Of a stretch of 64,000 nucleotides of DNA, positions 28,088-37,098 are shown in pieces. The position numbers and the translations under genes were made by a program. This DNA is from Blastocatellia bacterium (GTDB taxonomy: Bacteria > Acidobacteriota > Blastocatellia > HR10): positions 699 to 64,698 of the forward strand of contig DATLZR010000013.1 in the NCBI GenBank assembly GCA_035573895.1, written 5' to 3'. The notes beneath the pieces were generated by a model. It searched no databases. It saw only the letters and a list, made by a program, of their open reading frames with translations, and had not been told where the DNA came from. The stretch's first letter is position 1; every line of letters begins with the position of its first letter.

Positions 28088-29038
28088 TCAAGGTTCTATT
28101 CGCAATTTAACAAGCCCTCTCCCCACCGTTTCATCACCACCCAACTGGACGCGATTCAGTCTCAAGTTTTTTAAAAAATCCAGTACTTCCTGCGCCGTGC
28201 CTTGCCATCCTTGTGGCAGTTTGCTCTTGTCTACGCGCGGCTTGGTGGCAAACAGCGGGGCGTAAAGCAACGTGTCAGTCGGCAGATGCTCCTCGCTCCA
28301 CAGTGCACCTTCCGCCACTGTTTTTGTTTCATTCTCCAAACGAATACGGTTGACGACTTCGGTGGAGAACTGCGTGAAGTCGCGGAAGGCGTTTTCCGGC
28401 AGGATAACGAGACTCTTTGGTAATTTCTTCCGCCAATAGTCATATTCGCTATCCGTCGGCAAAGCGTTGCTTGCCAGCCATTCCGCGATGGCTTTCACCT
28501 GCTGGTCTTCCTCCGCATCAAATGCGAACTCCTCCAGCACCACCTTGCCGTCGGCAGTGACATCGTTGCCAGGGGCCACAAGTGCTGTCTTCTCTGCTTC
28601 CTTCGGATCATGGGACTTATCTTCGGGTCCTATCGCTTGCCAGTTGAATGGTAGTCCGATTGTTTTCGCATCCCGGCAGAAACGAGCAAGAGCATCTTTG
28701 GAAGTTGTCCACGCAAACACGCCGATCAGCGAGCGCACGGGAAAGAGCAGCAAGCGAGCATCACCAGGGGAGAACGCGCCTGCGTGTTCGGAGGCTCGTT
28801 GGGTGTCCGGTCCGAAGACAATTTCAACTTTCTTTGTCCACTCTTGGTCACTGGTTTTGTTCGGATGGTCACTCGCTTCCGCCCGCAGTTTGCCCTTAAT
28901 GCCCGAGGCTTGCACCATCGGATAGTTGGTCACCCGCTCCCGCTGAACGGGCAGGTCCACGACACCAAGGGATGTGCCACTGCCGGCATGAAGCGGCGTC
29001 TCGACGTAAAGGTAGAGCATCGCTTTCGCTTCAAACAT
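28088..29038 (-). CDS. cmr4: Type III-B backbone RAMP Cmr4 (Cas7).
   Basis: MFEAKAMLYLYVETPLHAGSGTSLGVVDLPVQRERVTNYPMVQASGIKGKLRA. The catalytic Asp in VVDLPV is conserved. ATG at 29038 overlaps the cmr3 stop by 8 nt. Confidence 0.88.
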   Translation of the reverse strand: MFEAKAMLYLYVETPLHAGSGTSLGVVDLPVQRERVTNYPMVQASGIKGKLRAEASDHPNKTSDQEWTKKVEIVFGPDTQRASEHAGAFSPGDARLLLFPVRSLIGVFAWTTSKDALARFCRDAKTIGLPFNWQAIGPEDKSHDPKEAEKTALVAPGNDVTADGKVVLEEFAFDAEEDQQVKAIAEWLASNALPTDSEYDYWRKKLPKSLVILPENAFRDFTQFSTEVVNRIRLENETKTVAEGALWSEEHLPTDTLLYAPLFATKPRVDKSKLPQGWQGTAQEVLDFLKNLRLNRVQLGGDETVGRGLVKLRIEP

Positions 29039-30122
29039 AATCCCACCTCCCGATGAAAACTTGACCAAATCCAATTTGACTGAACCGTGCCTGTCCATCG
29101 TCATCTGTGATGACTTCAGGTACGGTCACCTCACCATCGCTCTCAAACAAGAACACACTGCCAGCAGGCACGAAACGGCGCATGGGTTTGTGTCGGTTTC
29201 GTGCCAGGTCAAAACCACCGATCGCTTGCGCGCGCGGTACAGCAGCAGCTACAAGTCGCACAGTGCCACCTGTGATAAATCGTCCCCAGTCATCAGGCTG
29301 CCAGCCAGTAGCAAAGTAGGCAGGTGTTGCAAAGTAAAGTTTGAATTTGCCTTGCACTACGCCGCCTGCCGTAAGGGGCGGTACCTCATCCACTTTCCGA
29401 TACACAGCCGCCTTTGAATCACCACCAAGTTGTAGGAGCCCCTCATCGCTTAATTGCACGCCGTTCACATCCAACCATAATCCTACGCCATGTTGAAGTC
29501 GCACGAACTCCACTTGAAACAAATGCCCACCTGCGCCGCCTCGATGCGGACGCTTAAACTGGCTATCAATGCCGACATGAAAGCGCGATTCGCGGTCGAA
29601 CAACTCATGCTCTGGGGTTACGCTGAACGGTTCCCCATTTAGGTAGTGCTGCAATTCGATTTCGCTCAACCAACCACTTGGGGCTTCGATGCGGGCTATC
29701 GTCCGATGCCAGAGCAAACCAAGCGAGTTCGCACCGACCGTCGGATTGCTCTCGAATGAGGACTCTGCTGCGAACAAGGGGGCAAGTGCGATAGGATGCG
29801 GACATCCTGCTAACACTACGTCAGAGGGGAGGGAGAAGTAACGCATAACCCGTCCATTCTCCTGCCGAGCTATGAACGGACCCCGCAGGCGCAACTGCCC
29901 GTAGTCATCGGCATAGCCAATTCCCGGCACAGACACAGCACCCGAGGCGTAGGCAGTATAGGACACTCCTTTGTCTGCTAGCACTCTTGAGCGGATCGCC
30001 CCTTGCATTGTGAGCGGCGTGGGCGGGAACAAGCTCAGAGCACGATGATCCTCACCAGCAACAAACGGGCGCCCATCGCGGAACAAGAGCACATCACTTG
30101 GCTCAATGAAAATACGCATCAC
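29031..30122 (-). CDS. cmr3: Type III-B Cmr3 (Cas5 group).
   Basis: MMRIFIEPSDVLLFRDGRPFVAGEDHRALSLFPPTPLTMQGAIRS, typical Cmr3 N-terminus. ATGA overlap with the cas10 stop. Confidence 0.85.
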   Translation of the reverse strand: MMRIFIEPSDVLLFRDGRPFVAGEDHRALSLFPPTPLTMQGAIRSRVLADKGVSYTAYASGAVSVPGIGYADDYGQLRLRGPFIARQENGRVMRYFSLPSDVVLAGCPHPIALAPLFAAESSFESNPTVGANSLGLLWHRTIARIEAPSGWLSEIELQHYLNGEPFSVTPEHELFDRESRFHVGIDSQFKRPHRGGAGGHLFQVEFVRLQHGVGLWLDVNGVQLSDEGLLQLGGDSKAAVYRKVDEVPPLTAGGVVQGKFKLYFATPAYFATGWQPDDWGRFITGGTVRLVAAAVPRAQAIGGFDLARNRHKPMRRFVPAGSVFLFESDGEVTVPEVITDDDGQARFSQIGFGQVFIGRWDYV

Positions 30123-33052
30123 TCACCACCTCCTCCCTGTGCTAAGAAGCGCAACAGCAATAACCATTTTGCCAGTTCGATCAGACCCGGTTGTGGCTCA
30201 CTAGGTGATGGGTCGGCACTTGGGCAGTGAATGTCCAGCGCACGCGCTAAGTGCGCCAGTTGTGGCGCGAGCTCTTTTGCTTGTCGTTCGCCTTGCTGAG
30301 GGTTGAGCGCGCTTCCACGATGCCGTTTGAGTAAGCGGCGTAACTCGGCTTCGTAGGCGGCAGGCACAGCAGCTAGCGTGCGGGCTTCGTCAAAAACGGC
30401 ATGCGCGAACTTCATCGAGATCCGTTTGTCGGCAAACCGCTGCTGAAGATCAGTAAGCAAATCCACCGTGTCGCGGGTGTTACTTGGGGGTGTATTAGAA
30501 TAGAACCACTGTGCTCCGGCACGTATTTCTTCCCCTGACCGCTTGAGAAAATGGATGCAAATGGCATTGCGCCCATAGTCTTTTTTCGCAGACTCCTCGG
30601 CGCGGCGCACTGCGGCCAGTGCGGCGTCAAGAGGTGACAGGTGATGCGCGATGGTGATGCCAATGGATGCGGTCGCGTTCGGCCCCATCGTCATCAAAGG
30701 CCTGCTGTTGAACGTCACAAAGCCACTGACCCTCACATCCCGGAAACGAACCTGTATATTGAGCCTGGCGTCAATATTCACTTCCCCACTAAACGACGCT
30801 CGCAGTTCGCGTGCAGCGGGAAGTACTTGATCCACTGGGATCAACGCCAGCACGTCATCACCGCCCGTATACACTACCCGTCCGCAGTAACGCTGTTCTA
30901 TCACCAAGGGGACCAAATACAGCGCGAAATTCGCAAGCGCGCTGCTCATGGCAGCGTGCAGCGCAGGGCTTAGCACTCGCTTGGCGTCAAGCACCGCGTT
31001 CCAACCGGGATAGTTGGAGCGTAAGTCGTTCACCACGGCCGGGTGAAGCGCCTGCTCAAATAACGGTGCTTTGTCCCCGCTCAGCCACTTGCCCATCTCA
31101 TCGGCGTCAAGCATCAGGACGGCGAAGTATTTGGCTGGACGAGGGATGCCCGCTTCCTCAGCGGCTTTTAACAGTCTCCTAAGCGAACCCTGCGCAGCAG
31201 CGACATCAGATTCGGTGACATCAAGATCATAATCGGCCTTGAGGCGCTCGCGAGTGAATGTCTCTTCAAAGAGCACATCGCCATCGTACTTCAGAAACTT
31301 GTCAGCAAGGGCTTTCGCTTGCGGAGACACGTTGGACAACTGAAGGCACATATTACGAAGTTTTGGAATCGCGCCTTCAGCAACTGTTGGCTCGAATCTC
31401 AACCGCTGTAGTATTTGGAGATGGTCCTGTAATGTTTGAGCTAGCCTCTGACCATGCTGTGGATCGCTCAGCTCGCTCAGCACTCCTTCCTTGAAGGAAG
31501 CGACAGCCACTTCGCTGGTGGACGGGAAACCGCCCCGTAAGCCGAGTTCCTTCTCAAAGAACCCACGTTGCACCAGCCGCTTGACCGTACAAACACCGCA
31601 CAACCGCTCCCGCCCACCAGGCTTGATGGTGACAACCTCGCCGGGCACCCGACGCACTTGATTGGCAACATGCGCCCAGTGGTCGCGTGCTGATTGAACC
31701 TGGCTGCGTAGTGCGGAGCGGGTGCCGCAAAGCGTGCATTTTTCGCCCAGTTCCTCGATGGGCGCGAAGTCGCGCAAGCCTTTCCGCGCTTCAAAGCCAC
31801 GCTGTACCAAGTCGTGCAAACGGCTGTAAACGGTGCCGATGTTGACCATCTGTGGCGCGGTAGCGCAGAAGACGTCATAGATGCGCTGAAACTCCCACTC
31901 CGATGGCGGACGGAGCAGGCGGCGAATCTCATCCAAGGCAGCATCCGCTTCACCCTTTGACTGCTTGAAGGACGAGACATCCGGCCAGCGATGAATAGTC
32001 CAATAAATCTCGGGCATTTGCTGCTTATGCGCATTGTACATTTCCTGCCAGGTTGCGTCTGTCGTCACCTGCGCTGTCGTCCGTAGCCACGCCGCGACCT
32101 CATCAGCTAGCGTATTCCAGGCGATGCGGACCTGCTCGGCTACGCGCTCTGCCACGGATTTCGCTTCAGCAGCAGGCAGTAGCGCGACGAACTTGTTAGG
32201 CAGCGTCGCCCGCGTCAGACCGCCAGGATGCGGTGACACCGACAAACCATGCTGCTTTGCCAGCCAGTGGTCAACGAGCGGCTGCCCGCGTAGGCTTGGA
32301 TACAGCACGGCATCGGGACCAAACTCATCGGCGATGACATTGATACCGCACCATGTGAGGTAGGACAGGATATAACTGCCCATCCACAAGTCCTGCGTCC
32401 GCCGCGCCGTGCGGATAAAATCTTGTACGGGACCGACAGAACACACCATCAGCGCCGCGCGCGGCAGGGCGACCGCCAATGCCGCTGTGATGCTTAAATG
32501 ATCCCACAGTGTATGATCCACAACGCGCGTGTCGGCTGGGACAAGGTGCCACTCCTCTGCCAAACCGTTTATGGCATTGTGATGCGCGAGTGCATCAGCC
32601 AGGTTTCGCCAGAGCCAAAGAAACCGTTGTTGCACAGTATTGGTCGAATTCAATGCCTGTGTAAAAACATGGTTCAGAGCGTTTATGACCGTGTTGAAGC
32701 TGGCTTGGCGAACTTGATTCAGCGGTTGCTGGCGACCTGCCAGCGGATGGCAAACACAGGGCGATTGGAGAAAATCTTGAGTGCTCAAATTTATGTCTCG
32801 CGGGAAAGCCGCACGGTCCATTGCCGATGCAACCTGATCTGCCTTCTTCACAGCTTGACCTATAGGTGTCGCTTCAAACTGAGCCCGCGTGAGTTGAGTC
32901 CCTGTGGTGTTAAACAAGGCCTGAAAGTCGCTTTGACCAACTAACCGCTCTATCCGTTCAAATGCCCGTCGCTGATGCCCCTGCAATGCTAATACTTTGT
33001 CTGGCGGATCATGCAACAGAGCGATAAGTTTTAGCTTCCAATCCACGCTCAC
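30119..33052 (-). CDS. cas10: Cas10/Cmr2 large subunit with HD-like N-terminus and GGDD cyclase motif.
   Basis: 977 aa. N-terminal LLHDPPDK. Zinc-finger Cys cluster CTLCGTRSA...CGVC. Palm GGDD in VVYTGGDDVLALIP. Confidence 0.88.
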   Translation of the reverse strand: MSVDWKLKLIALLHDPPDKVLALQGHQRRAFERIERLVGQSDFQALFNTTGTQLTRAQFEATPIGQAVKKADQVASAMDRAAFPRDINLSTQDFLQSPCVCHPLAGRQQPLNQVRQASFNTVINALNHVFTQALNSTNTVQQRFLWLWRNLADALAHHNAINGLAEEWHLVPADTRVVDHTLWDHLSITAALAVALPRAALMVCSVGPVQDFIRTARRTQDLWMGSYILSYLTWCGINVIADEFGPDAVLYPSLRGQPLVDHWLAKQHGLSVSPHPGGLTRATLPNKFVALLPAAEAKSVAERVAEQVRIAWNTLADEVAAWLRTTAQVTTDATWQEMYNAHKQQMPEIYWTIHRWPDVSSFKQSKGEADAALDEIRRLLRPPSEWEFQRIYDVFCATAPQMVNIGTVYSRLHDLVQRGFEARKGLRDFAPIEELGEKCTLCGTRSALRSQVQSARDHWAHVANQVRRVPGEVVTIKPGGRERLCGVCTVKRLVQRGFFEKELGLRGGFPSTSEVAVASFKEGVLSELSDPQHGQRLAQTLQDHLQILQRLRFEPTVAEGAIPKLRNMCLQLSNVSPQAKALADKFLKYDGDVLFEETFTRERLKADYDLDVTESDVAAAQGSLRRLLKAAEEAGIPRPAKYFAVLMLDADEMGKWLSGDKAPLFEQALHPAVVNDLRSNYPGWNAVLDAKRVLSPALHAAMSSALANFALYLVPLVIEQRYCGRVVYTGGDDVLALIPVDQVLPAARELRASFSGEVNIDARLNIQVRFRDVRVSGFVTFNSRPLMTMGPNATASIGITIAHHLSPLDAALAAVRRAEESAKKDYGRNAICIHFLKRSGEEIRAGAQWFYSNTPPSNTRDTVDLLTDLQQRFADKRISMKFAHAVFDEARTLAAVPAAYEAELRRLLKRHRGSALNPQQGERQAKELAPQLAHLARALDIHCPSADPSPSEPQPGLIELAKWLLLLRFLAQGGGGE

Positions 33053-34182
33053 CAGTTCGTCACCTCCAGCAAAGGAATAGTTTGCCCAAGGTCATTCAGG
33101 AATGTGTCCAGGATGCCCAAGCCCGGCGGAGTGCCACTAGCCGGTGGTCTGCCGCGCTGCCGCAGTTCCAACATCTCTCCGCTCTCCAGCAGCGCCGCTT
33201 TAAAGACAGTCATCACCACCGTATGCTGCCCATTCGTCAGCCGGACTGCGCGAACCAAAAGAGGCGAAGCGCGGCGATCGTGAGTGGCCCCTGCGAGCAT
33301 TCCCTGTTGACCGCCCAGCGAACGATAGTAGAACACAATAGGGAGGCCGAAGGCGGCACGCTCGACCGATTGCAGAGTAGGGTTGCCGCCGCTCACCACA
33401 TTTTTCACATTCTGGTAGTCTGGCTGTCGGCGGTTACGGAAAGTTTGGAACTTCTGCCCTACTTCGTCTAGCGCCTGCTCCCACGTGCTCCACGTCCTAT
33501 TCAGCACTACGATGCGGCAGCAGTGGGGGTGCAAGACATCAAACGCCGGGTTAGCACTGACAGATGCTGCTGGGAAACCACCTGCACGGACGAGTGCCCG
33601 CAATTGTGTTAGCCCGCTCGCAAGTTCATCGCGTAGCTGCTGTGGGGAGTGGGCCCGCACCGGTAAGTCCGGCACGCCGGAGGGAAGTTGCCCCTGGATA
33701 TTCACGACCTGCACACTCCCACCGCCGCGCCGCGACCGTGAGCCGATGCCGCCCAGATGTGTCAAGAGCCACAATGATGCTAGCGCCCTTTTGAGCGGCT
33801 CATCGCTTCTCACACCGGGACGGGTTTGTAAGGTCAAAGTGAACGACGTTCTGGCAGGCAGACATTGGCGATTAGTGCGTAACATTGACCAAAGGAGATA
33901 ACTCACTCCGGGCTGGTTGGACTGAAAGCGTTGGGGGCGCGCTTGTCCCGAAATGCGCACGATGACGGGCGAGCCTCTCTCCGTCTCGCCGAATACGGCC
34001 GTTTCCGCCTCGCGGAGTGTCGTCAAGTTTCCATCTCCAATGACTCCACCCACCAACGCTCGCCACCAGAAACGCAGGATGCCGCGAAAGGAGGCCGGGC
34101 GCAATTCTGGATCACCTCGCGGGTCTGCACCCCCGAGGAAAATTGGAGTCACAGCTTCGACATTGAATCGCACTTGTGCCAT
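33049..34182 (-). CDS. cmr1: Type III-B RAMP Cmr1.
   Basis: MAQVRFNVEAVTPIFLGGADPRGDPELRPASFRGILRFWWRA matches the Cmr1 N-terminal RAMP. Gly-rich loop GGIGSRSRRGGG. AGGAGG-like RBS upstream. Confidence 0.85.
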   Translation of the reverse strand: MAQVRFNVEAVTPIFLGGADPRGDPELRPASFRGILRFWWRALVGGVIGDGNLTTLREAETAVFGETERGSPVIVRISGQARPQRFQSNQPGVSYLLWSMLRTNRQCLPARTSFTLTLQTRPGVRSDEPLKRALASLWLLTHLGGIGSRSRRGGGSVQVVNIQGQLPSGVPDLPVRAHSPQQLRDELASGLTQLRALVRAGGFPAASVSANPAFDVLHPHCCRIVVLNRTWSTWEQALDEVGQKFQTFRNRRQPDYQNVKNVVSGGNPTLQSVERAAFGLPIVFYYRSLGGQQGMLAGATHDRRASPLLVRAVRLTNGQHTVVMTVFKAALLESGEMLELRQRGRPPASGTPPGLGILDTFLNDLGQTIPLLEVTNW

Positions 34183-34230
34183 TAGCTTTTATCCTCCTGG
34201 TATCTTAAATAATCCTTCACTCCGTTCAGC

Positions 34231-34656
34231 TTAAGCAGCGGGCACAAAACATGCCCATTCCGATGAATGAGAATCTACCTCCGATTTCCCGATGCAACCA
34301 ACTTGATGAACCACCCGATAATTCTGAGCGGCAGCATCACGACGAACTTCAATACATCGTGGACGAGGTTTCCCACTACACCTGCCCAGACATCCCGGGA
34401 AAGGATGAGCCTGAGAAGAGCCAAAAGACATGATGACGAGGACTATGAGCATGAACGAGTTTGCCGCAATCTGCTCCTCGGTGCTGGAGATGATACCAAA
34501 GAACATTGGCCCACGAGGTACCCAGATGAGAAAACCACCGATCCACTTCGGCCTCACCAAGCTGATGGTGATCCCCAAAGCGATGAGAACGAACAGGGTC
34601 AGTTCCAATCCCGACATAAAGTTCCGCTCAAACGCAGGCAAGGATGCCAGTACCAA
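34231..34656 (-). CDS. Hypothetical small membrane protein with three predicted TM helices, immediately upstream of cmr1.
   Basis: LELTLFVLIALGITISLV, IGGFLIWVPRGPMFFGII, FMLIVLVIMSFG. Low GC. No family recognised. Could be a remnant. Confidence 0.3.
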   Translation of the reverse strand: MVLASLPAFERNFMSGLELTLFVLIALGITISLVRPKWIGGFLIWVPRGPMFFGIISSTEEQIAANSFMLIVLVIMSFGSSQAHPFPGCLGRCSGKPRPRCIEVRRDAAAQNYRVVHQVGCIGKSEVDSHSSEWACFVPAA

Positions 34657-34770
34657 GTCGCTTTTAACAGGCAGACTGTCCGTCTATCTAAACAAACGCC
34701 TCGCGCTGTCCATCGCACCAAAGTGGCAGCCGAACCACTTGATCCAACTGCCCGGCTTCCGGGTGAGCGT

Positions 34771-35640
34771 CTAAGAGCCCATACGAAAACCCCTCATCAA
34801 GGCGTGATGACGAGACGATATCAGAACGCAGGCCAAATGAATCATCGCTCCATAATGCGCCAACTCCCGCTTCCATCGCACCAACACGCGACGGAACTGG
34901 TTTGCCCGGGCATGAGTTCGCTCCACCACCCGGCGAGAAGCCGGATGCTTCTTGTTCTTCTTCGTGCGGATCGCCAAGTCATCCTCGTGGCCTTGCTTCA
35001 GGTGCAAAACAAGAATCGCGCTCCAAGACGCCTTCGGCGAGATCTCATAATCGTAGCCTTTGTCTAAGCTCAGATGATGCAAGCGATAGACGACTTTTTC
35101 TTCTGGTCGCGGGACGATAAGGCCAACGACCGTCTCCACAGCGACGATTTTATCATGGGTGTTAGCGATGGTCCTCATCACCGACAAGAGTGCACCTCAG
35201 CGATCAGTCAACATACTCCGTTTGGTCCCGCATTTGCCTCGATCTACAGGACCCGGCCTTGTCCCCTCACTGCCTAGCGGGGCCTTGGTGATGACCCCAT
35301 CGAGCGCCTGCCATTTCCAGGAGAACCACAGTTGCCCATCGTAATATCGCAACAACACTTTTCCAGCCTGAGCAAACACCCTCGCGTGGAACCATTAGGG
35401 TTATCCTCCGTGCACCACCGAGTCTAACGCCCGCTCCTGACGTGCAATCGCCTGCCTTGGACAGCCGGTTCGCTGCATATAGATGATTTCGTCACAGATC
35501 CGGTGAAACGGCGTCGCGCGCCGCCCCGGTCTCCCTCGGTTCTTTCTCCCATTCCCAAATCGGCGCAATTAGATCATCGGACACATGCCGTAGCGAGTCC
35601 CTGACGGTCTTGGTCGCCATATCCTCCGTTGATAAGTTAA
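34771..35640 (-). mobile_element. IS5-family (IS427/IS1031-like) insertion sequence remnant. The transposase is split by frameshifts.
   Basis: ORF 34771..35187: ...LDKGYDYEI...PASRRVVERTHARANQFRRVLVRWKRELAHYGAMIHLACVLI (IS5 C-terminal DDE region). ORF 35197..35379: LLRYYDGQLWFSWKWQALDGVITKAPLGSEGTRPGPVDRGKCGTKRS. Upstream fragments MATKTVRDSLRHVSDD... and GRPGRRATPFHRICDEIIYMQRTGCPRQAIA match the orfA N-terminus. Terminal inverted repeats not identified. Confidence 0.6.
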
Positions 35641-35670
35641 TCAAACAAAAAAGCCTAGGCCAACCGAACC

Positions 35671-35859
35671 TTATTGTATGGTCGGGCTTTCGTACAGATT
35701 CCTAATAATCCTGGGATGTCGCTTCAGGACGTGATCGCCCCCTTCTCGAATGAATTTGCTCATGTGCACGCGGGTTTTCGCCGAAAGCCGGTTCAGTTGC
35801 TCCTTCTGCTCAGGATTCAGGCAAATCGTGGTGATCACATTTTTGCCTGATCTGGCCAT
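35671..35859 (-). CDS. Ribbon-helix-helix (CopG/antitoxin-like) DNA-binding protein.
   Basis: MARSGKNVITTICLNPEQKEQLNRLSAKTRVHMSKFIREGGDHVL: beta-strand, then helix-turn-helix RHH pattern. ATG at 35859. Adjacent to the IS remnant. Confidence 0.6.
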   Translation of the reverse strand: MARSGKNVITTICLNPEQKEQLNRLSAKTRVHMSKFIREGGDHVLKRHPRIIRNLYESPTIQ

Positions 35860-36479
35860 AAGGCCCTCCGACTCTCTCGTCGCTACTATATATTTTGTCC
35901 ACAACGATGTCAATTGAAATTAACACCGAAAGTTGTCCCAAAAAGGAGGCGCCCTGTAATACCGGCTTGTCTTTTCAGTCGTCGCAGAGTGGATCCTTTG
36001 TCAAGAGGTGACCACCACGGGCTTAAGACTAGATTAGGACCATAGAAAACAGGACGTCGCAAAGCCTCCCAGCACCGCTTAACGCCTGCACGTTCTCTGG
36101 CTCCTCGGACGCGGATACGCCCAAACCCAAGTCGCCCACACGCTGGGGGGTTTACTTACACACCGTCCAGAGGTGGGTTGGGTGGTACGCCAGGGCGGGT
36201 TGTCCCACCTGCTCGAGCGCACGTGTGGCGGGGCAGGACGTCAAGCCAGGAATCTGACCCTGAAGCACCAGTCGGTCGTGCGGGACATGGTTTTCGGCCG
36301 CGGGGAGAAGCAAGGCAATGGATCCAGGAGCACATTGGGGGGTATTGAAAACCTGGTGCGACTATGACTTGAGAAACTCAAGCTGCGACGCAAGGTAGCT
36401 CGTCCGCAAGCGGTACGCGCCCAGGTGCGGGAGGCAAAAAAGGGCTTGGCGAGGCATCAGCGAAGGCGGGGGTTGAGGA

Positions 36480-37076
36480 GGGAGTAACTTTTTGCAAACG
36501 AGTGCTTGCCGTTCTTCGGCGGTCAGATGCGTTGGCAGAAGTACAAGGGGTGACGATGGTGCAGCGGGTGGAGCAGGTGTATGTGTGGCGATACTGGTGC
36601 TGGCGGTTAATGGGGGAGTTGCGATGGAGGTGGGTGGAGCGGTGGCCGGGGGAGGTGCTGGCGGTTGTGGTGTCACAATGGCGCGAGGCCGGGGGGCCGG
36701 CGCATCGTTTGAGGGCAGTGCGTGAGGTAGGTGTGCCGTTGGTGGTTTTGCTGGCATATACGCTTAAATTGAATCCGGTGGAGCGGGTGTCTTTGGGAGG
36801 TGCGTCGTTGGGTAGAGGGTGTGGTGTATGTGGGGTGGGCTATTGAGGTGAAGGTGGTGGCGGGAGTGTTGCGGGAACTGGCGTTGTCGCCTGATCGGGT
36901 GCGTTCGCTAGTGGGTTAATCCTGAAGGGTGGAGGCGGTGGAGCGGTGAGGGGAGAGAGAACACGGCGTTTGGAAAGACGATTAGTATAAACCCGACACC
37001 CGAATGGGCGTGGTGCGAGCGCCTGCCTCCGGTGGGGCTGTAGGAGCGCACGCCGGAAGGCGTGCACTCCCGGCAA
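36480..37076 (-). other. GT-skewed low-complexity tract. The minus strand encodes Pro/Ala/Thr-rich ORF fragments in two frames.
   Basis: The plus strand is almost C-free with reiterated ggtgg(a/c)g(c/g)ggtg-like motifs. Minus ORFs 36362..36757 and 36840..37076 are Pro-rich (PPAPPP...). Coding status is uncertain. Confidence 0.3.
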
Positions 37077-37098
37077 GCCCCGTCCAGGGGCATCATGT

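Noticed and set aside
34183-36400. Looked for a CRISPR array or cas6 adjacent to the Cmr operon.
   Set aside because: No periodic direct repeats of 25-40 bp are visible. The region contains an IS5 remnant, an RHH gene and unique sequence.
36362-36757. 131-aa Pro-rich minus-strand ORF as a bona fide gene.
   Set aside because: It sits in a compositionally aberrant, frame-broken low-complexity tract. It is reported as a region of interest rather than a confident CDS.
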